This document shows positions 53,029 through 63,620 of a stretch of 64,000 nt of DNA, in pieces (positions within the stretch are counted from its first letter, which is position 1; every line of letters begins with the position of its first letter). The stretch comes from Nitrosopumilus sp. (GTDB lineage Archaea > Thermoproteota > Nitrososphaeria > Nitrososphaerales > Nitrosopumilaceae), in NCBI GenBank assembly GCA_965214775.1, contig OZ243974.1:2769657-2833656 (forward strand), given 5' to 3'. The notes beneath the pieces were generated by a model, which saw only the letters and a list, made by a program, of their open reading frames with translations, was not told the DNA's origin and searched no databases. A program made the position numbers and the translations under genes.

Positions 53029-53597
53029 CTGAAGAACAAATTTCTCAAACAGTAGAAAAGATAAAACACCTTATCAACACTGGCGAGAGTGATGCTGGAA
53101 CATCACCAGATGCTGCTTTCGATGGAGCATATGGAATTGGGTTTCCGCTTAGAATGTTTTTCCCAAAAACAGAGACTGTGAGAACAGGTGAGGCAGAAAT
53201 AAAGTCTATTGTGAATAAAACCCTAAGCGAGAATATGCCCATGTTTGAAAAAGTGATTTCCTCAATGATTGATCACAAATTGAGTAATTTAGGACTTAAT
53301 CCGACATTATCAATTAACCTGACTGAAATTACTCCCAATGAAGAAAATGAAATTATTTTGGCCCTTTCACCTCTAGCTTTTATCAAAAATGTCTCTTATT
53401 CTAAACATGATTCAACAATAAAACTAGTTGTTGTACATACTGGATCTGACAATCTACAAGCTTTTGAGTCTATTGAAGACACGATAATTGCGTTGGAGGA
53501 GAAATTACCTGCTTACTCTATTGAACCATGGATCTTACACGAATCTGAATTACAAGATTCATTCTTATCTCAAACAAAACCACTTATTCAAAAATAA
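53025..53597 (+). CDS. Hypothetical protein, possible degenerate MNT-like or antitoxin partner
   Basis: C-terminal alpha/beta region IKLVVVH...SIEPWIL immediately upstream of a HEPN-like gene; function inferred. Confidence 0.55.
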   Translation: MTEEQISQTVEKIKHLINTGESDAGTSPDAAFDGAYGIGFPLRMFFPKTETVRTGEAEIKSIVNKTLSENMPMFEKVISSMIDHKLSNLGLNPTLSINLTEITPNEENEIILALSPLAFIKNVSYSKHDSTIKLVVVHTGSDNLQAFESIEDTIIALEEKLPAYSIEPWILHESELQDSFLSQTKPLIQK

Positions 53598-53601
53598 CAT
53601 C

Positions 53602-53943
53602 ATGTCTGCTTTTCAAAATTCACAGAGTTCCCACAATAAACAAACTAGTGATTTTCTAAATAGCGCGACTCCTAAATATCGTGATTGGGAAATTATAACC
53701 TTGTTTTATTCAGCTCTTCATAGAATTGACAAATATTTCTTAGATAATGGAATTCGAAAGCCCGGCAATCACAAAGAAAGAAAAACATTAGTTAGGCGAC
53801 ATTTGCCCGTAATTTATAGTTCATATCATAAACTTTCTTCACTGGGTCACAGAGCTAGATATGTCGTCGGAATCAATATTCCTCAAAATGAATTGGGGCA
53901 AGCCCAAAATCATTATTCAGTGATAGACACAAATATTCCATAA
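53602..53943 (+). CDS. HEPN-domain protein
   Basis: HNKQTSDFL, DWEIITLFYSALHRID, NHKER, HRARY; start at MSAFQ. Confidence 0.75.
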   Translation: MSAFQNSQSSHNKQTSDFLNSATPKYRDWEIITLFYSALHRIDKYFLDNGIRKPGNHKERKTLVRRHLPVIYSSYHKLSSLGHRARYVVGINIPQNELGQAQNHYSVIDTNIP

Positions 53944-54323
53944 CTTTACAAGATTTCACACTCGTTGTAATATCTACACTAGACTTTATGCGTAATCGAC
54001 CTAAATGAGACGAATTTGTTCGTAATAATTCTAGATCTAAACCGATTACGTGTAGTATATGAAAAGTCGATCCGCTAGTCATCTGCGGTATGAGGTCACA
54101 TCCCCTTGCTAGCTAGGCGCGAAAATCATAATTGTACATGCCAATTCATGCCTGATTGATAGGGGCAGGTGACCTCATACTCCAGAATCGTGATTGTGAG
54201 ATGTGATTTTGTGGGTAATTTGGAGGTTGTCGCCTAATTCACTTATCTGTTGTATGATTTCTAATTTCAGATCATCTCTCTACGGAGGCGGCATAGCAAG
54301 GGGTGCCTTGGGTTATCGTGGCT

Positions 54324-57300
54324 TTAGATCCGCAGTCGCCTTGTGGCTACAATGACGGCGGCCGCAGGGGCTGCCACATACATGCCGATATTAAGTGCAA
54401 TGACTGAGGCTCCCAGCGCCAGTACGGATGACTCGGATCCCTCCTCTGCAAGCGACATTATCGACAGCGTCGAGATCATCGGGGATATGGCAATCCTTAC
54501 GGCCTCGCGAAATACCGGGCTCTGGCGCTCCAGGTCGGCTATCGCAGGTGAGAACGAGTAGTATACAGAGTTGAATCCGGCAACAAACGAGGAGCCCGAG
54601 TCAGTAGAGAGCAACGTACCGTCGCGTATCTCCCTGAGTGCCTGCACCTGCGGCGCCATCTCTGTTCCGTATGCTGCAGTCGCTATCAGACACGAGCCGC
54701 CTAACTCCGAACCTGCCTGCTGCTCGGGCTCGGGCTGTGCCGGCGTATGGGGCTCCTCTAGCATCTCCGGTTCGGGCTCGGGCTGCACCACGGTTTCGGG
54801 CTCGTCTGGTACCGGCGGCTCGGTTTCGGGCTCGGGCTGCACCACGGTTTCGGGCTCGTCTGGTACCGGCGGCTCGGTTTCGGGCTCAACTATTGCATCA
54901 CGCGGCTGGCCGGCTGCTCCTTGGTCGATATCTGCAGACAGGGACATCGGAGTGTCATACGTGCGCTCGCCCACACATGCGTCCACGTTTACCGACTCAT
55001 AGTCAGAGGTCAGACTCTCCCCAGAATGCAGGATTGCGCTGACGCCGATGTATGTCTCGTTCTGGTGCATGGATGCCGTAAACACCAGTCCCTCTTCTGT
55101 CTGGCCTGCCGCCGTAGTCGCGTCTGTACCAGTCAAGGTGGTGCGCACCGAGACCGAGAGATCATCGGAGACGGGTCCGGCGGTAACCGTTACGAGTCCG
55201 GCGGTGCAGTCCCACGATATGGAGGCTATGTATGCCAGATCCGCGTCGGCTGAGGTTGAGATGATGCCGATGCGGCCGCCTCCGCCTCCGCCTCCGCCTC
55301 CGCCGCCTCCGCTGTTGGTGCGGCCGGCAGAAGGCTGTGATCCGGTGCTGCTACCGCCGTCATCGTCACGGGTCTGGACCCGCTCGGCGAGTACAATCGG
55401 GTTGTCCGGCGAGTCGTCTATCTGGTTGCCCAGCAGATCAGATACGGCGCCGGCTGCAATATCGAGCTGCGGCGTGCCCATCGGGGTTATCTGCCGTATC
55501 TGGGACTCTACAAGCGTGAGGGAAAGGGTCTCAACATCAGCGGATGCAAAGTCAAAGCCGGCGCCTGTCAGCGGGACTGTGTCTGCCTGGTTTATGTCAC
55601 TGACATACAGCAGGGACAGGCTGGTAGCAGAGACGTCTACGGTCTCGCTGAAGGTTATGGTCATGGCACCCGTGTCCTCGTTGAGGGTCGCCGATTCAAA
55701 GGTCGGAGAAGCAGTGTCGCGCACATACACTATCCTGATTGCCGTTGCCGTGTTGCCGTCATCGTCGGTGGCAGCATATGTCACGCGATAATCCCCGAGC
55801 ACGTTGACGTTGACCTGTGATGTATCCGTTGTGACTTCAGAACCGTCGTCGGTCGTGGCACCCGGATCTGCGTACGGGGTGCCCAGCTCATGGATCAACG
55901 GGTTGTCTCCCACAAGTGATATGACAGGCGGTATGCTGGATGCGGCCTCATCCAGCCTCACCACCTGCAGACCGTCATCGTATTCGGAGGCCACTGCGGC
56001 GTAGGTGCTGCTGCCCATCGTGAATATGTCCACGTCGCGCGGGCCGTCAAGCAGCAGGGAGGTCGTGTCTGCAAGGCTGCCGGCATCTACCGGGCCGGCA
56101 GGATCGGTGACGTCGATAATCTGGAGGCCGTCGTCGGCAAAGGAGGCAGCTGCCACGTAGGTGCTGCTGCCCATCGTAAATGCATCTATACCGTTGACGT
56201 TGCCAAGCAATAGTGAGTTCGTGTCTGCAAGGCTGCCGGCGGCGGCAGGGCTGGCAGGGTTTGTGACATCGACAATCTGGAGGCCATTGTCTGTCTGTGA
56301 GGATATCGCCACGTAGGTGTTGCTGCCTATCACAAAGCTGGTCACGCCTTGAGGGCCGTCAAGCCGCAGGGTGTTGTTATCCCCCAGGCTGCCGGCGGCG
56401 GCAGGGCTGGCAGGGTTTGTGACATCGACAATCTGGAGGCCGTCGTCGGCAAAGGAGGCCACTGCGGCGTAGATACTCGAATTTATCTCAAAGATGGCCA
56501 CTGCGTTGGCGCCGTCAAGCTCCCTGGAGCCATCATCATCCAGACTGCCGGCAGCGGCAGGGCTGGCAGGGTTTGTGACATCGATAATCTGGAGGCCGTC
56601 GTCAATGCTGGAGGCCACTGCGGCGTAGGTGTTGCCGTTTATTGTAAAGATGTCCACGCTGCGGGCGCCGTCAAGCAAAAATCCTTCTATCGGAATGTCC
56701 CCCACCTCATCTATGGTGTCTTCCAGATTCCCGACTGCCACAAGACTGGAAGGGTTTGTGACATCGATAATCTGGAGGCCGTCATCTGTGCGGGAGGCCA
56801 CTGCGGCGTAGGTGTTAGCCCCTATAGCAAATATGTCCACGCTGCGGGCGCCGTCAAGCAGCAGGGTGTTGTTATCCCCCAGGCTGTCGGCAGCTGTCGG
56901 ATTGGATGGATCTGTGATGTTGATAATCTGGAGGCCGGCGTCGCGGGATGCGGCGACTGCAGCGTATGTGTTCTGCCCGATCGCAAAGACGGCCACGCCT
57001 TGGGCGCCGTCAAGTTCTCTGGAGCCGGTATCATTCAGATTCCCGACGGGGGTAAGCGTGATTTCAGAGGTGTCCATGTCGGCCACGACTATGTCAAAGG
57101 TTTGCGAGTTGGTGCCGCCGCGGCTGTCATCTACGGTTATGGTGACTGTGTGGGTCTGTCCTGCATCGGCCTGGACAGGCGTCCAGATGAGGAGGCCACC
57201 AGAGGTGGAAAATACGGCAGCTGCCGGCAGCGTGCCGCGCGATATGGAATACGTGTGCGTGTCAGTCGGATCATCGTCAGTTACCGTAGGCGTTATGACC

Positions 57301-59978
57301 AGCTGTATGCCCGGCGTCGCGTTCTGGTCGCCTATTGTACCCATTACGGGGGCGTTGTTGTCGCGCGTTACGGTTACCGTTACGGTTCCCTGCGCCGTGT
57401 CTGTTCCATCAGATACCGTATATCCGAACGTGTCCGTACCGTCATAGTCTGTATCGGGCGTATAAGTTATCGTATTATCATCATGAGTGGCAGTCCCGTT
57501 TGGCGGGTTATCTACTGCCGATATCACCGGTGTGTCCGATGTGTCTGGATCCGATATGGCAGGCGTTATGGTAACGGGTGTATCCTCTGCGGTGGTTGCC
57601 GTCTCGGCTGGTGCCACCGGCGGAGCGTTTGGCGTCTCTGTCACCGCTATGTCAAAGGTTTGCGAGTCGGTGCCGCCGCGGCCGTCATTTACGGTTATGG
57701 TGACTGTGTGGGTCTGTCCTGCGTCTGCCTGGACAGGCGTCCAGGTGAGGAGGCCACCAGAGGTGGAAAATACGGCAGCTGCCGGCAGCGTGCCGCGCGA
57801 TATGGAATACGTGTGCGTGTCAGTCGGATCATCGTCAGTTACCGTAGGCGTTATGGTCAGCTGTGTGTCTGGCGTCGCGTTCTGGTCGCCTATTGTACCC
57901 ATTACGGGGGCGTTGTTGTCGCGCGTTACGGTTACCGTTACGGTTCCCTGCGCCGTGTCTGTTCCATCAGATACCGTATATCCGAACGTGTCCGTACCGT
58001 CATAGTCTGTATCGGGCGTATAAGTTATCGTATTATCATCATGAGTGGCAGTCCCGTTTGGCGGGTTATCTACTGCCGATATTACAGGAGTGTCCGATGT
58101 ATCGGGATCCGATATATTCGGAGTTATGGTAACGGGCGTGTCCTCTGCAGTCGTGGCCGTCTCGTCTGGCGCCACCGGCGGGGCGTTGGGTGCATCTGCC
58201 ACTGCTATGTCAAATGCCTCAGAAGCGGTGCCTCCGCGGCCGTCATTTACGGTTATGGTGACCGTGTGGGTCTGCCCGGCATCGGCCTGTACGGGCGTCC
58301 AGACGAGACTGCCGTCAGATGGAGTGAATGCGGCAGCTGCCGGCAGCGTGCCGCGCGATATCGAGTACGTGTGCGTGTCAGTCGGATCGGCGTCAGTTAC
58401 GGTAGGCGTTATGGTTAGTTGAACATCCAGAGTGGCCGTCTGGTCTCCTATGGTACCCAAGACGGGGTCGTTGTTGTCGCGCGTTACGGTTACCGTTACC
58501 GTGCCCTGCGCCGTGTCGGTGCCGTCAGTTACCGTATATCCGAAGGTGTCCGTACCATCATAGTCCTGATCAGGCGTGTAGGTTATGGTAATATCGTCAT
58601 GTGTGACATTCCCGTTTGGCGGATCATCGACTACCGATATCACCGGGGTGTCCGACGTGTCGGAATCCGATATGGCAGGTGTTATGGTCACGGGTGTGTC
58701 CTCCAGAGTTGTGGCCGTCTCGTCTGGCGCCACCGGCGGGGCGTTTGGAGTCTCCACGTCCAGCCGCACTATCTGGAGGCCGTTATCGAAGAATGCGGCC
58801 ACTGCGGCGTAGGTACTACTGCCTATTGTAAAGACTTCGACGCCTATTGAGCCGCGAAGACGAGTGGAGCCCTCGTCTCCTATATTCCCGGCAGCTGTCG
58901 GACTGTCGGGATCGGTGACGTTGACAATCTGGAGGCCGTGGTCATCGTGGGAGGCGACTGCCGCGTAGGTACTACTGCCGATCGTGAAGACGTTCACGGC
59001 GGCGGCGCCGTCAAGTTTTCTGGAACCGCCATCTCCTACATTCCCGGCGGCGACCAGATTGTCGGGATCGGTGACGTTGACAATCTGGAGGCCGTTCTCC
59101 CCGTTAGAGGCGACTGCCGCGTAGGTGCCCTGTCCGATCGTGAAGACGTCCACGCCCTGGGCGCCACCAAGCTTCAAGGTGCTGTTATCTCCCAGGTTTC
59201 CTGCGGCGGTGGGGCTGTCGGGATCGGTGACGTTGACAATCTGGAGGCCGTGGTCATTGCCGGAGGCCACTGCCGCGTAGGTGCCCTGTCCGATCGTGAA
59301 GACGTCCACGCCCTGGGCGCCATCAAGCTTCAAGGTGCTGTTATCTCCCAGGTTTCCTGCGGCGGTGGGGCTGTCGGGATCGGTGACGTTGATAATCTGG
59401 AGGCCTTTGTCATTGAAGGCGGCCACTGCCGCGTAGGTGCCCTGTCCGATCGTGAAGACGTCCACGCCCTGGGCGCCATCAAGCAGTCTAGAGACATCAT
59501 CTCCCAGATTCCCGGCAGTGGTGGGTCTGTCAGGATCGGTGACGTTGACAATCTGGAGGCCTTTGTCATTGAAGGCGGCCACTGCCGCGTAGGTGCCCTG
59601 TCCGATCGTGAAGACGTCCACGCCTCTGGTGCTATCAAGCAGTCTAGAGACATCATCTCCCAGATTCCCGGCAGTGGTGGGTCTGTCAGGATCGGTGACG
59701 TTGACAATCTGGAGGCCGCCATCACTGCGGGAGGCGACTGCCGCGTAGGTGCCCTGTCCGATCGTGAAGACGTCCACGGCAAAGGCGCCACCAAGCAGCT
59801 TGGAGCCCCCATCTCCCACACTGCCTACCGCAGTAACGCTGACGGGTTGGCTTTGCTGCGCATGTGCATCATGCAGACCGCCGGCAGCCGTCAGGCCCAA
59901 GACGGCAACCGCAACAAACACCGAGTACATGGAGGCAGCATCTACAAGAGCCCGACGGGACGGGTTTCCCCGTGTCAA
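54324..59978 (-). CDS. 1884-aa surface protein: LVIVD-like beta-propeller repeats, cadherin/Ig-like repeats, DUF5011-like domain, Gly and PEPE linkers, CFI-box-CTERM anchor
   Basis: Signal peptide; repeated TYAAVAS..D.GLQIV.VTDP; NAPPVA...DTFGYTVSDG modules; GGSCLIATAAYG...LREIRD with C-terminal TM. Confidence 0.88.
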   Translation of the reverse strand: MTRGNPSRRALVDAASMYSVFVAVAVLGLTAAGGLHDAHAQQSQPVSVTAVGSVGDGGSKLLGGAFAVDVFTIGQGTYAAVASRSDGGLQIVNVTDPDRPTTAGNLGDDVSRLLDSTRGVDVFTIGQGTYAAVAAFNDKGLQIVNVTDPDRPTTAGNLGDDVSRLLDGAQGVDVFTIGQGTYAAVAAFNDKGLQIINVTDPDSPTAAGNLGDNSTLKLDGAQGVDVFTIGQGTYAAVASGNDHGLQIVNVTDPDSPTAAGNLGDNSTLKLGGAQGVDVFTIGQGTYAAVASNGENGLQIVNVTDPDNLVAAGNVGDGGSRKLDGAAAVNVFTIGSSTYAAVASHDDHGLQIVNVTDPDSPTAAGNIGDEGSTRLRGSIGVEVFTIGSSTYAAVAAFFDNGLQIVRLDVETPNAPPVAPDETATTLEDTPVTITPAISDSDTSDTPVISVVDDPPNGNVTHDDITITYTPDQDYDGTDTFGYTVTDGTDTAQGTVTVTVTRDNNDPVLGTIGDQTATLDVQLTITPTVTDADPTDTHTYSISRGTLPAAAAFTPSDGSLVWTPVQADAGQTHTVTITVNDGRGGTASEAFDIAVADAPNAPPVAPDETATTAEDTPVTITPNISDPDTSDTPVISAVDNPPNGTATHDDNTITYTPDTDYDGTDTFGYTVSDGTDTAQGTVTVTVTRDNNAPVMGTIGDQNATPDTQLTITPTVTDDDPTDTHTYSISRGTLPAAAVFSTSGGLLTWTPVQADAGQTHTVTITVNDGRGGTDSQTFDIAVTETPNAPPVAPAETATTAEDTPVTITPAISDPDTSDTPVISAVDNPPNGTATHDDNTITYTPDTDYDGTDTFGYTVSDGTDTAQGTVTVTVTRDNNAPVMGTIGDQNATPGIQLVITPTVTDDDPTDTHTYSISRGTLPAAAVFSTSGGLLIWTPVQADAGQTHTVTITVDDSRGGTNSQTFDIVVADMDTSEITLTPVGNLNDTGSRELDGAQGVAVFAIGQNTYAAVAASRDAGLQIINITDPSNPTAADSLGDNNTLLLDGARSVDIFAIGANTYAAVASRTDDGLQIIDVTNPSSLVAVGNLEDTIDEVGDIPIEGFLLDGARSVDIFTINGNTYAAVASSIDDGLQIIDVTNPASPAAAGSLDDDGSRELDGANAVAIFEINSSIYAAVASFADDGLQIVDVTNPASPAAAGSLGDNNTLRLDGPQGVTSFVIGSNTYVAISSQTDNGLQIVDVTNPASPAAAGSLADTNSLLLGNVNGIDAFTMGSSTYVAAASFADDGLQIIDVTDPAGPVDAGSLADTTSLLLDGPRDVDIFTMGSSTYAAVASEYDDGLQVVRLDEAASSIPPVISLVGDNPLIHELGTPYADPGATTDDGSEVTTDTSQVNVNVLGDYRVTYAATDDDGNTATAIRIVYVRDTASPTFESATLNEDTGAMTITFSETVDVSATSLSLLYVSDINQADTVPLTGAGFDFASADVETLSLTLVESQIRQITPMGTPQLDIAAGAVSDLLGNQIDDSPDNPIVLAERVQTRDDDGGSSTGSQPSAGRTNSGGGGGGGGGGGGRIGIISTSADADLAYIASISWDCTAGLVTVTAGPVSDDLSVSVRTTLTGTDATTAAGQTEEGLVFTASMHQNETYIGVSAILHSGESLTSDYESVNVDACVGERTYDTPMSLSADIDQGAAGQPRDAIVEPETEPPVPDEPETVVQPEPETEPPVPDEPETVVQPEPEPEMLEEPHTPAQPEPEQQAGSELGGSCLIATAAYGTEMAPQVQALREIRDGTLLSTDSGSSFVAGFNSVYYSFSPAIADLERQSPVFREAVRIAISPMISTLSIMSLAEEGSESSVLALGASVIALNIGMYVAAPAAAVIVATRRLRI

Positions 59979-60242
59979 AGCTACAGCAGGTCACCCCCCC
60001 CCCCACAAACGATCAGGGCGACATTGGCAGGGGTGTCCTGCCCCATAACGGCATGCAAGGTAACAGGTCGGGCTCTGGAAGTTCAGGCGTGAGTTTTGCC
60101 ATCTTGGGGAGGCCTTCCATTCAGATTTGCGCCTGAAATCAGAAGCAGCATCCAGAGTCAGACCCTTTACATGCAAATCATTCATTCTGATGTCATGATT
60201 AAATCAGGTGCGGTTATTAAAAGTAGTGAAATTTGTAGTTTG

Positions 60243-61283
60243 TGTTTCATATGAAAATTAGTTCCGCCCCTCATTAGTATCCTTCTCCATCCATTTGGGG
60301 TCGCTTTTCCTGATCGCTTCTGTGGCCTCCCGGCTCCGGAACGCCATTCTGGGAGTCTCTGCACGCTTGATGTCAAGCGACCAGTGCGTCCTGTGCTCGT
60401 TGTAGAACTCGATGAACTCGTCTACCTTCTCAAAGTGCGTCAGCTCCTTCTCAAGCGTTCTGAACCACCTCTCCAACTTGCCGTTGGTCTGGGGGTGATG
60501 CGGACGCGAGTTGAGCAGGACGATGCTGTGCTCTAGCAGCTCGTTCTCAAACAGCGTGGGCGTCCAGCTGCCCCTTGGGGTACCGCGCCTGGCTGACGTA
60601 AAGCAGCTGCCGTTGTCCGAGAGTACCTGGGCCGGCGTCCCGAACTCTTTGATGGCCTTGCGCAGCACCAGGACTGCGTTCTCCGAGGTCGCGCGCTCAA
60701 AGACGCCAAATCCGGTTATGCACCGCGAGGAATCATCAAGATATGCCACCAGATTGAGTTTTTCTAGGCGTGAATCCTTCATTTCGTGCCAGTCCACGTG
60801 CCACATTGCATTGGAGTACTTGCGCTCATAGCGCAGCCACTTGAGCTGTCTGGGTCTGGCAGGCGAGCCGTCCGTTATTCCCTCGGCCTTCATGATCCTG
60901 TATACTGCATGGTAGCTTATCTGCCTGCCTGCGGCCCTCATGCGCAATGCCAGCCTCTCCACACCCGACGGCATCCGCGCATATGCGTCAAGGACCGCCT
61001 CCACATCCACGGGATCCGTGTCCATGCAGGGCCTTCCTGCCCCGCTCCGTGGCAGGACTGTGCCGGAGCTGCGGAATCTGGCCCATATCTTCCTGACATA
61101 CCTGTCGCTGATGCCCAGCTCCCGGGCTATCTGCTTTGCAGGCACGCCCTTTTTCCTCTGCTTTTCTATGTACCGGAGCGACTTTTCCTCCAATTTTTTC
61201 CTCACGTTTTTTGATCGGTACAGCCTAAAATAATCCTTCAAAGTACGCCTGATCTTAGGCGGAACTAATTTTCGTATGATAGA
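60243..61283 (-). mobile_element. IS481-family element, intact; transposase 60258-61241; 14-bp target duplication
   Basis: AAATTTGTAGTTTG at 60229-60242 and 61284-61297. Confidence 0.93.
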
Positions 61284-61356
61284 AAATTTGTAGTTTGTTG
61301 CATAACTCCGACTAGAGCCAAGTCAGTCCGCCCGGATCACAACCGGCTCCAAGTTC

Positions 61357-61584
61357 CTACACGGCAGCCACCGCCTCTGCGATCCACTTGTTGTACAGCC
61401 ATATCCTCAGATTTACTTCCTGCACTATATTGGACCACTTGAGGGCCATTACGCACTCGCCGAACATGCGCTTTATGGATGATATTACGATCTCGACGAT
61501 CCATCTGCTGCCAAAGCCGACCGTGCTCTTCCAGTACCGCAGGTTCTCCTGTCTTTCCTCCTTTGAGAGATCACCCACAGGCAC
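61357..61584 (-). pseudogene. IS5-family transposase C-terminal fragment
   Basis: WKSTVGFGSRWIVEIVISSIKRMFG; truncated at the IS66 end. Confidence 0.75.
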
Positions 61585-63620
61585 GTAAGAGTTTACCCCT
61601 TACCTATTTGGTGAATTCTTTCTGACCACCCGATCTCCCATATGAAATCGTACCTAATCCTACCGTGGACCCTTGCCAGCTCAGTGTTCCGAATCAGGAC
61701 GATGTTGCTAAGCGATGCATCCTCTTATACTTTCTCTGCGTGACAGTGGACTCGCATACTGCCATGATTGACAGCTGTCCAGGGTATTGTGCCTTGAGGT
61801 CTGTTGCAAAATTCGTTGTTGTAGAAACGCTGTTCTCAAACTTGGATCGCTCTAGCAGCTTGCCAGAGTCGTCCTTTACTGCTGCAACGCATGTCTTTTT
61901 GTGTACGTCTATTCCTACGTTGATCATGTTATCACCTCCTTTTTGATCAAAATGCCTGATCCGGGCGGAATCTCCCATTCACCGTCTGCGCGGTACATTG
62001 CTTTCCGCCTGCTGTTGCGAGTCAGTCTATAAGACACCCTTGTACATGGTAAGATCATATCGACTCTCAGGCCCAACAGTAATTGTATATCACAGGATAC
62101 TGATAAGATTTCATATAGCGTCTATAAGATAGTACCTAGGAAAATGCATGTCATCAGGCTCGGAGGTCAAGATACTGCGCGACGAGATTGCACGTCTCAT
62201 AGCCGAGTGCCGAAAGAATGAGAAAACCATCGCCGATCTGCAGCAGGTAGTAGTCAAAGATGCCACAGAGAAGGCCGAGCTTGCAACACAGGTCGTGCTG
62301 CTGACGGCAGAAAACCAGCAGCTCAAACAGCACATCAAATATTACGAGAACCCGCACACCCCCTCCTCGCAGAACTCGATTCCTACCAGACAGAAAAAGA
62401 CTGCTGCTGCAAAGGCATCAGGCAACGTACCGGCATCTGCAAAGGCAAAGCCGGGCCGCAGGCAGGGACACAAGGGAGTATCACACAAGAGAAAGCCGAC
62501 TGAGTTTGTAAAGCACTGCCCCAAAAAGTGCGACAAGTGCAACAGCACCAACATGAAGAAACCCGAAAAGTTGTTCTCAAAGACCGTGACTGAGATCCCC
62601 AAGAAGCCCAAACCGGTCACGACAGAGCACACCGCATACAAACGCGAATGCGCCGACTGCGGCCACGTGTGTATCGAGGATGACAGGGACTGGAACGTGC
62701 CTGAAACCGAGTTTGGACCAAACATTACGGGGATGATAACCTCAATGCACATGGCACCTGCCTCCATACAGGCAACGGCCACAATGTGCTCTGAGATCCT
62801 AGACATGGATGTCTCAGAGGCAGGCGTGTTGCAGTGCCTGAGGGCCTGCACCAAGGCAATAAAGCCCAGCGTAAAGGGTATCAAGCAGGCCATCAAGGAT
62901 TCTGATTATCTGCACATTGACGAGACTGCCATGCCATACAACGGCAGGACGGCCCGCATATGGGTAATAGTGGGCAAGAACAAGGACGGCTCCACGACCG
63001 GCGTCCACACGCTGGCCGCACCCAGCAGGGCCAGGGTCGTAGTGGATACGAACTTTCCGTATTATGATAAACCAGTTACAGTTGATGGGTACGGCGTATA
63101 TGTCGTATTCAAGATCAGGCAGTGGTGCTGGGCACACATACTCCGGGAGGCCAGGGACGCCGGCAAGACTTCCCGGCAGGCCCACGCGCTATATGATGCC
63201 CTCAAGAAAAAATTTCTTTTTGCCAAGGGGCTGGGGCCACCACCACCACCGGAGGAGAAGAAGAACGGCGTCAGGCAGCAACAACACGACATGCTGGTAG
63301 TCGAGACACGCGCGCTGGCCGTAGCATTCAGGGAGGCAGGTTGCAAAAAATTTGCCACAAAGCTTGAGAATGCCTCAGAATACCTGTACACGTTCGTGCT
63401 GTATCCGGGCATGGAGCCCACCAACAACCTGGCCGAGCGCATGCTGAGGCCGTCCGTAATTGCGCGCAAGATATTCCAGGGACTCCGTACCATGGAGGGC
63501 ATGGAGATGTTCACCGTACTGATGACATGCACGATGAACTGGCGCGCCCAGGGTTGCAACGTGAGTGAGATGGTCGCCAAGACCCTGACTGGAAACGTCG
63601 CCTGAGGGGTAAACTCTTAC
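61585..63620 (+). mobile_element. Single-ORF IS66-family element with intact transposase 62148-63605 and an IS110 mini in its left end
   Basis: Perfect GTAAGAGTTTACCCC / GGGGTAAACTCTTAC; HIDET, VDG, CWAHILR, PTNNLAERMLR. Confidence 0.92.
61634..62120 (-). mobile_element. 487-bp IS110 mini-element with predicted bridge-RNA region (about 61953-62078)
   Basis: Near-identical reverse complement of 14863-15349; TCT at both junctions. Confidence 0.88.

Noticed and set aside
56349-60092. Long plus-strand ORFs (689 and 384 aa)
   Set aside because: Antisense shadows of the repetitive 1884-aa surface protein
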